A stretch of 64,000 nucleotides of DNA, taken from positions 134,604,001 to 134,668,000 of the forward strand of contig NC_086097.1 in assembly GCF_963921235.1 (NCBI RefSeq). The letters run 5' to 3'. Positions 25,357 to 39,600 of this stretch are shown here, piece by piece; positions within the stretch are counted from its first letter, which is position 1, and each line of letters begins with the position of its first letter. The position numbers and the translations under genes were made by a program. The notes under the pieces were generated by a model, which saw only the letters and a program-made list of their open reading frames with translations, was not told where the DNA came from and did not search any database. The DNA comes from Mobula hypostoma (taxonomy: Eukaryota).

Positions 25357-25686
25357 CAGTAGAATTAATAATATGTCACCTTCAGGACTTTGAAGGTATC
25401 AGACCAACGGGTATTCTGGACTAATGGATATTACTCCAATTAGTATACTGATTCATTCATCTTTTTGTGATGTTACAATGTAAATTGATACATTTTGCCA
25501 GTAAACGAGAAGATTTTAAGGGAGTGTGGGAATGGGATCCAGGCGAGTTTAAAGAGAACAGAGAAGCAAAGTTCCAGTGGGTTTAAAAGGAATATGGAAA
25601 TTGTACATGGCTGGGTCTGAAGGGATCCTAGTGAGTCGGATACCAATCCAGATGAATTTCCAATCTGGATTATCAGAGATTTACTG
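25357..25686. mobile_element. Possible old Tigger/pogo-like MITE
   Basis: TA|CAGTAGAATTAATAAT at the left and ATTATCAGAGATTTACTG at the right form imperfect CAGTA-type TIRs. Confidence 0.35.
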
Positions 25687-28032
25687 TGTTATGAACTATA
25701 AAACACTGAAGCAACAGAAGTACCCAGTCACTCACCAAATAAACACAAGGCAATTTTTTGCATGCATTGCTTTAAACAGTTGCAAGCCCTTGACACACAT
25801 CCCTTGACAAATCTATGGCTGTACTCTGTTTAAATTGACAGAATCAGAGAAAATTACAGGTGAAACACTGCACTTAAACTGCATGTATAAATGGTGACCA
25901 TTATCAAAAGGTATGGTGAGGAGAGGGATAGAGAGAGGGAAAGATAAAGAGGCACAGTTGGAGGTGTGACAAAAAAGTACAATATTAATACACAATAAAA
26001 GGCTGGATACCACCACAGCTTTGAAAAAGGCAACATTATTGTAAATATTGTAGCACAACATAACACATCTTTGACATTCATATACAGAATACACATAGTT
26101 TATACACAGAACTCTGAGCCAAGTTAGAAAATCACTGCAACAATGTAACATAGTTAAAAATTTTGCAACAGAATTAATAAAGTGTTCAAAAACCATCAAG
26201 TTCAAGGCTACAGTTTGTCCCTCCTATCACTCCCCACCAATAATTATAAACACACTCATTAGGTCAGCATTAAAAAGTCTCTCATAGTGTTTTGCAATGT
26301 TATCATTATGTGAAGATGTTGCCAGGAAAAGCTGTGGTGTGGTGACAATTCCTGACTGGAACATTACTGCCTGTGACATTATCGGGCCACTGGTATGTTG
26401 TAATAATCTAGGCCCTATTCTTAATGGATCACACCAGGGAACAGTTGAGGTAAAGGGTTGTAGGGGGACAGGGAAATTGGAAGTCACTGGCTGTCCATAA
26501 ACTCCTCAAAGCCAATAAGGCAGCTACCCAAACAATACAGTCAGCAGTTGCACTTGCATCGCAAGTTTGGCAAATGTGAGAATTTGTTTGGGAGCTGGGG
26601 ATAGTCACAAACTCAGGATAACCTTTTCACAATCTTTGCATGTTAGATTGCCTATATATGATCTTGGTTTCCTCTTTTATCCCCTACACAAGAGCTGCTA
26701 AAGCAACCCCTTGGAAAAATATAACTTGTACATTTAAGATTATTCATGAAATTAACTCGGTGGTGAAAAGAAATTAAAATGCATTAACCTGTCTAAGAAT
26801 GGTATTTATTGTATTCGTTTATTCCACTGTTTAAGCATTTCAGATCTTAATCAGGGTGCTGCACAAAATTAGGAAAAACCATACATAAACAATTCTTAAT
26901 GGTGAGCATGAAATACTGAATCCATTAACCCTTTTCCCTTTCAAAATAAAACACATGTAAGCTTTTGTCATCATACAAATTAAATCAATTTTCAAATGAA
27001 ACGCACTGCATTAGAACAATACTGCAAGGTTTGGAAAAGAGGGTCGGGTGGGGGGAGGGGGGAGGGGAAAGAGTTGAAGGGGAAAGAAACCGAAGCTTAA
27101 TTGTAAGTAATTATAGCTTTTCATTTTTAACATGATGAAATAATTTGAATTTTTTCCCTCTCGCAGAGGTCTGGCTTAGCTCAAAAATAGACAACCATTC
27201 TGAACATAGGAAGTGTCCTGTTAAGATAATGGAAACTGAATGTCACAGAAACAAACACATGTTCTGAAGATTTTCATGAACTGAACCAGGTGATTTTGTG
27301 GATTCTTGATGGGGCTTGAATCACAAGTTTAAATCTTTTTTCTCTCATTTAGAATACCATTTTTTTACTTCCTGTAGGTATAGTCTGTGACAAATAAGGC
27401 AGGAACCAAGATGGAACAGAAATTGAAAGAAAACTATTTTTTTCTCAAAGAAGGTTGAAATATATTATTTTCTTTGATCCAGGGAATCACTTCTTTATTT
27501 TGTATGCCTTAACATTACAAAACAGCATTGGAACAATGCATGTCTGTTGAGATTTTGGATGCTAAAATGAACAACTTAATGAATTTAAATACTTTTTAAT
27601 TTCTCTGTCGTGCATAGTGTAATCTGACTGTGCTGCATTGTGTATCAGAAAATCTCAAGTGATCTTTTACAAAAACCCAACTCTCTATTCCATGTAATAT
27701 ACAACAGATAAAACTGCTGAGAATATGAAATAACAACAGCAAATGTCATAAACCTTTGCTCATGCAGAATTCGACTGCTTGTGTCCTAAACTACCTAAGA
27801 CTGTTCACCCTTCCCTTCTGCACTCATTGACCTACACTGGGTTCACATCTGGCAATATCACATATTCAAAATTCTCCTGGTGGAGTTCAAATCCATTCAA
27901 GGCCTTGTTCTTTCCCTTCAATATGAGCTCCTTTATCCCTGTAATTCTGCAAGCTGATTAAGTGCTCCATCAGTTCTGGTCTCTTGTGCATGTCCAATTT
28001 CCTTGGTCCCATACTGGTTCCCATGCTTTAAG

Positions 28033-28770
28033 TTCAACTTCAAGTTTAATTGTCATTGAACCATACATGAATACAGCCAAACAAAACAGCATTGTCCTGG
28101 GGCCAAGATGCACAATATAGTACCAACAGTTACACAGAGCACAAGGCACATACAGCACATATGATATAACAGTTAAAACAACAGATAGTCCAAGTTCCTG
28201 AGTTGAAAAATGTTGCAGCAGTCTGCAGTCAAACACAATCCAGCTTGGATGGGGGTGGGGGGGGGGTTGATGGACAGCACCTGCTCTAGCGTGGACGCCT
28301 TGCCACACCATCTCCGACACTCCACTGGAGCGTCCAACTCTGACGATTCCCGCAGCGGCCTGCAAACAGGTGACATTGCGGCCTTGGGGCCGAGTCCTCT
28401 CTCTGAGTGAGACCACACACACAGCTCCCCCGCCATTCGCAATAAACCGATGAATTGGACTTGCAGCATTCCGCACCACCAATATACAACAGGATCTTAC
28501 AATCACAAGAAAAGCAACTAAGAAGATCACTCGCTGTTACGTACACCTCCTTCACGCACCCTCTCTGTTGCAAGCAGCATCTCAATCCGCACCAAGTCCA
28601 GTTCCTTCAGCTTCACCGCCAACCAGTAACTCACTGATAGGGCAAACCTGCAGTACTTTAAGTTTTTAATGTCCAGCAGTGTCTTGTGATCATAAAAAAA
28701 TATATTTAAAAAAGACAATAACACCTTTGGTCGACCCCTGTAGACGCTGCTGACTGGATGACCAAATCAA
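28033..28770 (-). mobile_element. Non-autonomous Rex1-like LINE derivative
   Basis: (TTGAAS)n tail at about 28033-28050, Rex1-like leader (YDHKTLLDIK) near 28670-28700, no RT. 10-bp TSD ATGCTTTAAG at 28023-28032 and 28771-28780. Confidence 0.65.
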
Positions 28771-31700
28771 ATGCTTTAAGATGGTTCAGCCCAGGTTTCT
28801 AAAACCTCTAAGCCCTTGCAAATTGCAACCTCACTCTTATATTCCTTAAACTATTCTTTAGCACATTCGTTCATGTGCTGTAATTTCTCAATGGACACAG
28901 TGCCAAATTGTGATCTGTAATACTTCTGTGAAGAGCTTTTGACAGTTGGCTTTGGTAAGAGCTCCACATAATTGCCAGCTGGCATTGTTGCAGAAAACAT
29001 CAGACTGGTCGGCTTGATTAGAACGGAATTAACCACATCCCTGTCCCCAGTAAAACCTGTACCTCTACTTCCCTCTGACCTGCTTCTGGTAACTTACTGG
29101 ATGTCTAGTGTTCCTCCCACATGCTCCCCAATCAGTATGCCTATTTAGACTAATCCCATTTGCTCACATAGGGCCCTATTGACCTCACAATCTATCTTGA
29201 TATGACCTTGCACCTTCTGTCTGCTTGCATTGCACCTTCTCTGTAACTGGGACACTTTATTCCACATTGTTGTTTTCCCTTGTACTACCTCGATGTATGG
29301 ATGGCATACAAAACAATATCCTTGCCTTGTCTGTTCAAATACCGTCTAAATGCCTCTTAAAAGCATTGACTATATCTGTCTCCATCACAGATATCAACCA
29401 CTTTCTGTGTGAATAAATTTCCCATCAGGTCACCCTCAAAATTCCTCCTTCTCACTTTAAAATTATTTCCCTATCATGGGGTGGGGGGGGGGGCGGGGAG
29501 AAAGATTCTGAATATCCACCCTACCTATACCTTTCAATTCTGACATACAATATCATTTTGATCAATTTTCACTGCTTTCTTTTTTTACCAAACAGATGAT
29601 TCACGTTAAAATGGAAACAAATTGCAATGAGGCAAATATTGAAAGACCATGCCTGAGAAGCCAAAGTCAAATGACTGCATTCAAGCCTACAGCAATGGAA
29701 ATGCAGATGACAAAATCATTGTGGAGGAACCATGCAGTTCACCGGACTAAAGAGCATTTCCCTATACTATTTGTTTAATGTAAACTCTAAGACTTTCAGA
29801 ATGCAATTTTCTAAGTGCTGTAACAAGGCACAGTGCATTTGAATTCATTTGATTCAGAAGCAAAAAATTGGACAGGCAATGGGGAAAATGAAGTCTTGCT
29901 CTTTATCACTGGAGCCCAACCACAAAGAAGTTTGCAAACAAAGTTGCTATTTCCCTTCTTTAAAAGATTTAAAAGCCATATGCAAATATAAATATTGCAA
30001 TATTATATTCCCAGCTATATTAGGGTGTTTATCTCAGGCAAGCCACACATGACAACACATTGTCTGCATGGTGATGGAAGCAAAAATCAAAGATGTAAAG
30101 AAACCCATTAGGTCGACAGCTTGCATTTCCATTGACTGACAAGAGTGGCAATCAGACACTATTCGCACTACCAACTGACTGACAAGTTGACAGTGAAACA
30201 AGCCTTCAAGTTGCCAGAATCGTTTTAAAACAATCTAAGTTATTTCAATTGAACCAGGCTACACAACTCACAGGTAAACACAATCTTTTCATCTGCAGAA
30301 TTTGAGAATGTTATCTATATTGTCACCCCAATAATCTCATGTGCCTCACACATTACATAATGTATAATTTGGACTTGTTAAAATATTACTGGTTACTACT
30401 ATTGGGCACATTTGACATTTTTGTTTTGCTTAAAACCTAAATCCTACAAATTATTTCATCCACAACAGTCAGACCACAAAAAATCATTGGCAATTTGTAT
30501 TTCACCGCTGCGTGAAGAGAAAGGGTTTCATTCAAATGAAAGGTTTAATTTAAATTTGTAATAATCATAATCCCCTTCCCACAAAATGGTGTCCCCATTT
30601 AAACCTGGAAAAAGCAAGTTGTTACTAAAAGTACTTTGCTGAGAAGGACTATCTGTTACAGTTACAATCGTGTTAATACCTAGTATTACTGCAGCCTGCA
30701 CAGATTTAAAAAGTAATGTCGCACTAGGGTAACATTGATTACGTTTGCGCCCTAGTCTGCACTAGCATACTCCACAAATAAACAATATTTGTAATTGGTT
30801 TGACAGAAATAAAAAGCAAAGTCAGAGTCATTCAAGATGTGTACAGTGAGAAGCACAGGAAAAGCAAAATATTGTCTCCACAATTTAACCATTTCATCAG
30901 ACAGTCACAACATTTTAGGAAAAAAGGTTTAAGATTTTTTATTAAAAACATGTTTCTTAATTGAGGAATGAATCCAAGTGTACTGGATAGTTTTTCCTGT
31001 TCAAAACAAAATCTTTAAAAGCTTTTCTATAAAACTATCTATTTTCCGTTGAGACTTTGGAAGAACAAACTATATTTATTTTTTACATTTAATATTAAAA
31101 TAATTGTAATAACAGAAGCAAATCATAACCACATATTCACTTTAAAACCTTACCAATATTTCTTTTTAAAAAGCCAATTCGTTAGTCTATGACATATTTG
31201 TTTCTTGTATAGTGCTTCTACTTTTCTGAAGTGCTTTAGTGAATGGAAGAAAGATTAAACAGAAAATGTTCAACAAAATATCTAATTAATGCCAATTCTT
31301 TGTTTTAAGACAGTAAAAGATCTGGTTACACCATCTTTAAATAGAAGAAATTAACACAGAGATTGGTACTGAATAATCAAAATCCCTTTCCAAATGAAAT
31401 TTTACAGCCATACTTTTAACTGAATCATGTTACCATGTGTGCAGATCTGCTATTCATTGCAAATTGAAAGAACTAATGCAGTAGTCAATAATGTGAGTAG
31501 TATGTAAAATGACTCTTTGAGGATAAAGTAGGAGCTGTAGACTTTAAAATAAATTGATTTTATAGAATAGCAGCTAGCTCTGTAGCCTGTAGTTAACCTA
31601 ACAATGTAACCCTGCTGTAGTACATGAGAAACATCATGTACATTGATTTTTTTCTTGCTGATGACCGCTCCTTGTTTCAGTCCTGCCTTAACTGAAAAAA

Positions 31701-34700
31701 CCTTTCTAAAGACTACAGCACAAGTAGGTAACCGGAGTTCCCCTTTCTACTAAAAAGCCATAATGCGGATCAAACAAAATGCCTCATGTGCAATTGTTTC
31801 GGTTGCAAATGCACTTAATTGTGGAACACAAATGGAGAACAGTTTAACTCCTTTGCAACCGCAAGTCAAAAGGTAAAATACAGCACTCACTCAACAGTAA
31901 GTAATTTCACATCATAACCTTTAATATGAACTACACTACCTAAGACTGGGCTATAAGTGACAAGGATATCAAAGGCTTAGTGCAGACAAAAGCATTAACT
32001 TCACCCCTACTATTATGTACAGATATCAACAACACAATAAAATGATTCAATTTGCACAGCTAAGCGCTGATCTAATGCAATTATACAGATAACGAAACTG
32101 CTAAGACATTGCTTTGAATGGTTTAAAATCAGAATTTGTTTATGCACAGGTAGCTGAAATTTATTGCAAATTTCATACAAAAACCTGTAAGATTTGCTTT
32201 TCTTGTATAACAGAAACATAGAAAATTAGACCCCACAGCTAAGTCCCTTATGATTTTAACATTTTTTTTCATTTCTCAATTTGTTAACACAGGTGATATT
32301 TGCTGCGTGTGATGTCTGATTGGAGTCATTTGGTTTGAAGGGAAAGTTTGAAAGTAAAAATATCAACCAAAAATACTGCCAAACATAATATCTATTTAAA
32401 AAAGGATGCAAGAACCTATTAAAAGACTGATTTACTACAAGGTCACTAGGTATTATATGGAGTCAGTTTGGTTTATCATATTACATTGTGACAGGATGCG
32501 AGGCAAAAAATTATAAATTCCTTCCCTAAATCTGTCCTTTTGTGATTTAGATGGATGAAGAATAATTAACTCTTAATTATTCTGATGACTTCGAGGCAGT
32601 TTCAGAATTCACTAAAGAGAGCAGTCATTTTTACCCAGGAAAACAGTCTCCTATCATTTATCAAACCCACAACTCATCTGATGATGAATAAAACCATGTT
32701 TACCCACAACATTTACCGCTACCTTGGAGGTTGCAAGAAGAGAAAAGTTCCCTTAAAATCCTGCAATATGTAAATTTTACAGTGCTATTTGCATTTTAAA
32801 GTATTTAACTACATATTTATTGGATTTCAAGGCCAAGCTGATCATTGATTTATGTGCTTCTGGCAATCATATTTCCATATTTGTATGCTTTTCACAGCAG
32901 TAATAATTCAAATATGCATAAAGCCCTCTTTGAATGGGTATCTTTAATTATGTCCTCAAAGCATCATTGTTTCATTCTGTTTAATTTGCCAAAAAAAAGT
33001 TGAATATTGGAAGAAACACCAAGGTTAAAAAATGTAGGGAAAGCATATCTGGCATGATTGTGTAGTAGCAAAAGCACAGAAAATGCTTTTTGTGTAACCC
33101 AGACTTCTGCCCCAAAAACATGCTGCAAAGCCCAGCAACCTTGTGCGTAAATGCATTATTAATTCTGACACTCTTTCACGACAAATTCAATCACAGTTCA
33201 TAAAATTTGTGCTCAAAATGCAAAGCCTGCCCTATTTGTTTTGCTGATAACTCGCAAAGTTTGGCTGCCATTTTTTCTCATTGGAGTTGTCATAAATTAT
33301 GTGCACTCTTATGAAACCTATAAAGAACTGTAATCATTAAAAGATTCACCACTGTTTATCTTTTGCAGACTTGGTTTCCAAACAACCATCAAACATGTCT
33401 CCTGTCACCCCTGTCTGAAACACTTTAGCTAATGTGAAAGCCGTAGAATTCAAGAGAAAAAAATATTTTGTGTCATTTAAATTAGCCTTCCTACACATAA
33501 CAAGGCTGTGATGTTATCAGACCAAATACTTGCTGCTCACTTAAATCTACAATGAACGAAATTAGAATATTTAAGACATTATTAATGCTGTAAGGGTGGC
33601 AGATGCCACCTTAAAGAACTGTCATCTGCATCACAAAAGAATTTCATCCCAGTTTCTTTAAAAATAAGCAAGATGGCAAACAGTTTACATTCACAATTAT
33701 TGGCCAAAAATATTTGGGGAAATTTGCTTCTGAGTTCTAATGTACAAAATAGTATTTTAACACTTGTTTGTAAACTGCCATAAAAAAAATGCTTTATTCA
33801 TGTGGCCGTACAATCCAAACAAATGCAAGCTGAAAGCAGTAACTGCATGTGGTGGTTTCAGCTATTTTTGTAAGACCTCCCCAGGCAACAAAGCATAAAA
33901 GACTAAACCACCAGCACTTGGAATTCAAGCCTCCAATATACTTGTGAAGAGTTTGCCCTATATTGCAACTATACACTGAAACAATTCTCCTACCCCCCCC
34001 CCAACCCAGTTGGCTGTAATAAAACTCTCAGCACTTAGCTGAAAAAAAATCATTTATTCTTTGTCAGTAGAAGCAATCACATAGAAGTACAAAAGTGGGA
34101 ACAAGTGCAATAAAACAAACCTTTTTAAGATGTTCCTTGTGCTACTTTAAAAAATGATTTCAACAAGTAATATCAAAAATTAATGTGATTCATAATAAAT
34201 TACTAGAATTTATTTTAACACTGAGGGTCATTTTCAATCCCTAAATGGAATCAAAGGTGACATTATACACTTTGTAAATAGAGAGACCAGCATCATGGAA
34301 GTAAACTGTTTGTAGTCTTCGAGACCTTCCTTCCAGCAGTAATTTTTACCTATTTCAATTTTGCTGCTTAATCCTGCTGCAATTCATTAGCTGTTGCAAA
34401 ATAAAAGTGAAAGTGATAGATGTCACAATCTACTTCACAGGAAACCCAGAATGTAGCACTTAACCGTCTATATTTAGCTTCCAATATCTCTGGTATTAAG
34501 TATTAAAATTTCTGCATACTGTTCATCAATGCTTTTTCCTACATGTTCCAAGCTTAACTGTTCTCTCGGCACACACTACATTAAGTCTGAGATACTCCTT
34601 ATGTAACCTGGCTTGAAACCTGCCCGAACAATCCTTCATCCCAGCTGACCCACCGAAAGCATGACTTACACAATTCCTACTGGTAACAGGTATCACAACA

Positions 34701-36319
34701 GAACTAACAGAAGGGACAAGCTATTACTGTTTAAAGTATATATTTTTTAAAACATTTCAATTAGCCCAATACTGTAGTCCTTAAATACAATATAGAGGCC
34801 AAGATTTGGTAGTGCATATTGAAAAATCACTCCAATAATGGTAAGAAGAATTTAAAGATCAGATTAGTTTCCAGATATGAAACAAATCACACTGGTTACT
34901 GTGTAATTTATATATTTTTATATAATCTAAATTTTTAAAGTAGGAAGATTTACAGATAAGGTCAAACATACCAAAGTTGCTATTTGAAGATGCTTTGGTA
35001 AAGTGTATGAACAATTTATTTTTCTTTTAAATGAGAGATACATAATTTAAATTACGGAAATTTTTTAAACTATCAAGAACCAAATAAAAATTAGCAATTC
35101 AGGAAGACAGTAAAATGAGGAGATGAAGAAGATTGGCAAGACAGCACTTATAATCTGTGCTTTAAATAGTATATAGAATAGGTGAGATATCAGAAGCTAA
35201 GTGAATGAAATTCGTGCATTAGTCTGGGTTTTTATCTAAAACAAGTTCAGAGGTTCATATCTATTGCTTCCCATTTTAATCTGCCCTCTTGGCAAAACAT
35301 CGCAATGGATTTTACTTTAGACATTTCAAAAGTTAGTCAATGATCAATTTGGAGCCTTCAATATAACTTAATAACTGCAAGATTTCAGAGCAGCTATTCA
35401 ATGTAATGCTATTGTGAAGTTCTAAACTTGTGAATTCTAGGTACTTACACTCAAATGTACTATTTGTTAGACTGCATTACAACTTCACCTAAACACAAAG
35501 GAATGCACTACATTGTATTAAAATGCACATACTCCAGGCAAAGATACTATTATTTTCATCATGTAAACAAAGGAATTATCTGTAAAAGGGGTATTGTAAA
35601 ATGTAACCCATTTTTTGGAAAACAGCTTTTAAAGCTGAACTGTGGTAAATGCCTATATACCAATACAAACACACTGAAACTTTAAAATTTAAGACTGTTG
35701 ACTATTTGTAAGCTGATAAAATACATATAAAATTTCATTATTTATTCATTAATGAAATTTAGGTTCTTTTGCCAAACATCTACATTTACCAACAAAACTA
35801 AACATAAAATAAAATTGCCCTTTAAATGTTGCAATAAGGCTATTTCACCCAATGCCTTATCTATCCCAATTTTATGATTGAGTCACAAAGAGAGTCAAGT
35901 TTAAGGCCCAGCTGTCAGGCTACACAGAGGTGGTTGAACCTAGTTCAATGGAAGTACAACTGGTCTCAGTGCCACTTTGCACCGAAGAAATTAGGGAAAC
36001 AAGCCAGCTAAACTTCCTGTTCGAAAACAGATTGCTATGCTACTTCAGATCAGTGAGCGCTTGTAAGTGTTAAGAGGAGAATTGGGTCTTATTATCTTGA
36101 CCACACATATAAAACTGTCATTCTGAAAGAAAAATCATCTTTAACTCTTGTCTGGAAAAGAATGGCTCTAGAATTTCCTCAACCAACTTCCCAGCTTGCA
36201 GCGACCATCAATGGAGAGCATTTCGAAGTTGCTGCTTTCTCTCTTTCTTCTTGTCCTCTTTGCACCTTGGCCATTTTTGTTATTTCTTATACAAGCTATT
36301 GGACCTCTTAGTTATCACC

Positions 36320-36661
36320 CTATAGAGAGATACAGCATAGAAAAAGACCCTTCACCTTCACTAGGTCCATGCCAACAATCAACCACCTGTTTTGCACCTG
36401 TTAAGCCATTTTGTACTCCCCACATTCCTATCAACTCTTCCAACCCAGATTCCAACACTTACAGACTTAGGGCAATTTACAGTGTCCAATGAAGCTATCA
36501 ACCTGTTTTGGGATGTAGGAGAAAACCAGAACACCCAAAGGAAAACTGCACACCATAGGGAAAATGTGTAACCTCCACACAAACAGCACTGGAGGCCAGG
36601 ACAGAACCTGGGTCATTGGAGCTGTGAAGCAGCGGCTCTACGAGATGCACCAGTGTGCCAC
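36320..36661 (-). mobile_element. V-SINE (HE1-like)
   Basis: Minus strand: tRNA-like head GTGGCACACTGGTGC..CCCAGGTTCTGTCC, V-domain-like TTCCTTTGGGTGTTCTGGTTTTCTCCTACATCCCAAA, TAAATTGCCC, CR1-like tail. Confidence 0.75.
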
Positions 36662-39600
36662 TTGGCTAGGATGAGCAACTCATCGCACAAAATCCATCAA
36701 ATCCACCATCTCCTCAGTCTGTAACCATCGTACTTAGCAGCTGAACTCTGGGGATATCAAGGTACCCTCATCCCTTTCAAACACATTAGACTCTCATTTT
36801 ATTTTTCAACATTAAATCTCTGAAAATTCATTTGCTAAATCAGCTCTGCTGATACTTATACTTAGTCTACTTACCTTTTGTTCCCAAAGCTCTCAACAGA
36901 AGTTTCAAGTCTCCAAACAAAAACATGGAAAGCCCAAATGATTCTAACAAGTGTGATGTTAGCTCTGATCTTCCAGGAGACTAAGCCTTTAACATATCCT
37001 CACATTTTTTGATACAATTAACCAACAAAACAAAACTGAGAGTGCATCAAAAGGAGGGATCTTTCAGAAGAGCTCTTCCTAAACTCTTTATGGTAACCAG
37101 CACACCATGACTTATAGGCAGATAGTGAACTCTAAGTGCTGAAAGGAAGAAGACTTCATGAAATGGTCACACTGAAACAAATCTCACCCAATTTGCCAGC
37201 TGGCCTTTTTCAGTGCTTTAATGATTCCATGGCTCTCAGTCCACATGACAGACAACCCTTCGCTACTTCCTGCTCCAAGGTCAAGTGTTCAGAAACCGGA
37301 TCTCCTGGGTCATAAAATGGGACTTGCAGCTTCAAAGCACTTTAATTCCTTATTAATTCCAATCATCAGTTATTACCACCTCTACTCTCAGGAAAAGATG
37401 TTAGAGAATGTTATAGACTTCTCAGTCAGCAGGTTATTTGCAAAAGAAACAAACTGAAACAAACTGATCGGTAGATGCTGCTCCATTTCAATTGCAATTA
37501 AAGTGTTCAGAACAATCAGTTCAGCTCACCATAAATCTGTCTACACCAGCAAACTACCAAGCCCTCTTAAAAAGCTGTTCTGTTTCCACCATGCAGCTCT
37601 CCAACCCCATCACATTTTCAAATTTCTTTCATTTTGAAACATTAAACAACAGTCAGCTCCACATCTGTCAATTACCAGCATTACGGAAAGGATAAAAAGG
37701 TTCTGTCTCATTAGACCTCGATACACTCAAAGTTCTCCTTGAACAGCAGAATTAAATATCCTGCATTGATAGCAATTTTTTCATGACCATTCTTTCAGAA
37801 AATTTAAATAAACTAGTGTTTTAACATTTAATTAAAAGTCTGAATTGTATTATCATCTCACCAGCTATCTTGTTACAAAATGTCAGGAGGAAAAATGCAC
37901 AAATCAAGTAAAATTCAACATTAACTCCAGGAAGTAAAAGACAACAGCAATATTAAATGTTCTTCTGGAAAGCTGCAAGGGTACCGAGAATATTTTGATG
38001 CTGTTGGCTTTGCAATTAACCATTCATTGAGCATTAGGGAACAAATATACTGCAGACAAATATGTGAAACTAATGTTGGTGCTGCATCAAGAAGAACAAT
38101 GCTGGCCAGTGGAGTAAGAATATTTCCTCTGTAAATGAGAAGACAACAAGTGAATAAACAGTGGAGAAAAAAAAAGCTCCTTATTCTCTTTGCTCTCAGC
38201 AGAGCCACAATTGTTTTTAAATTTGTTACTGTAGTAAATTATTTAATTTGGTACAATCACATATAACAGCATTTATAATGGTTTGGGGCAAACAAGGCCA
38301 CTGAAAATAACTGTCAGTATAACACAAATGCCAAAACATTGTGTGATAAGTTAAAAGGTGATATGATGGTCTTGGAATGCCATTTTGCAATTTCTTTCTA
38401 TTTCTGCATTCACCGAATTGCCAGCACTTTTCTCATGCTTGTCTCCTTTTTCTGTCTGTGATCTTCATTCCTCCTCAATGGTTTTTTAAATTGCTTGCAG
38501 CTTTTCTGATTTGTCACCCTAAACTTCTGATAATTTACTTCCATTTATCATTACTTGTTTTATTTATACCCTGCTAATTTCTGAATTCTATCCTCCGATT
38601 AAAAAGCTCTGTGAATGTCCTTCCTTTCCTAGTTCATTGCCTATTCCTTAAAAGAAAATCTTTTCCCTTTTTAAGATCACCCCCACTTCCCCTCTACTCT
38701 ACTATACTTTTCCCAGTACTCTTGCTCTCTGATATTGGATCAAGTGGATACAAGGTTGTGAGAAAAGGGTAGTGAAATGCACTGAAAGCCCAAGAAAGGA
38801 AATAATTTTGTCTTGGAAAAGTGAAGATGAAATATATCCATGTTCTAGTGACTCCTAGTGTACAAGATGGGAACAAGTAATAGAAAAACAATTTATTCAC
38901 CTGGAAAGATTTTCAATCAATGGAAACTGTCCAGAATCAATTTGCAAACTGTTTTATGTGTGGAGGAATGCCTCTTCCTAGACCAATGTTCAACTTAAAA
39001 ACCAATAAAGACCTCTTTAGCTAACCTGCTATGTTACGGAATAATATGCATTTTACTTCAACCTCAAATTTGCTACAAATGATTTGCATTAGATCTGATG
39101 CAGCAAAAGCATGCCATTTCAGACTGGGTTTATACAGTACACAATAAGCTGGGTACTTAAAAAGACCACTGTCAGCATTCACAATACTGTACTGAAAATG
39201 ATCACCACGGTGCACCTCAGTTAACGGAGCAATATTTTGATTTACAATATCATGGATGCTGAAAATTAGAAATAGGAAATGGTCAGCTGGTATGGCCATA
39301 ACAAGAGAAAAGGGGTTAACGCCTCAGATCCACGGCCTTTCCATCAACCCGACGCCTGTCTCTCTGCAGATGCTATTGCACCTGCCAAGCAGTTGCAGTG
39401 TGCTTTGTGGTGGAGCAATATGCTTTGGATTTTCACTTTTGTTGCATTAAAACATTGCAAGTGCAGGTGAAAGATATTCAGTTCTTTTTGAAGAACACAA
39501 TATACTAATACAAAAAAAAGGAAAACAAATATAAATGGAGAATCCCACTGAAGGCAAGGGATTTCCAAATGTTTTCTCATGTTAGCCAGATATAGGTTTT

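Noticed and set aside
27041..27082. G-quadruplex-like G runs (also near 24966, 29478, 61922)
   Set aside because: Poly-G tracts are common throughout the window with no functional context.
27167..27289. Plus-strand exon-like segment with a strong acceptor
   Set aside because: Stops in all three frames; nothing else supports a non-coding exon.
33594..33610. Hairpin GGTGGCA-GA-TGCCACC
   Set aside because: A 7-bp inverted repeat is expected by chance in 64 kb.
36875..36943. 69-bp minus-strand candidate exon ending AAG|GTAAGT
   Set aside because: Weak acceptor, unrecognised peptide, and short enough to arise by chance.
39021..39299. 92-aa minus-strand ORF with a good-looking acceptor (TTCCTATTTCTAATTTTCAG) and a CAG|GTTAG donor
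   Set aside because: The acceptor coincides with the end of a decayed PLE terminal module and the peptide is unrecognisable.
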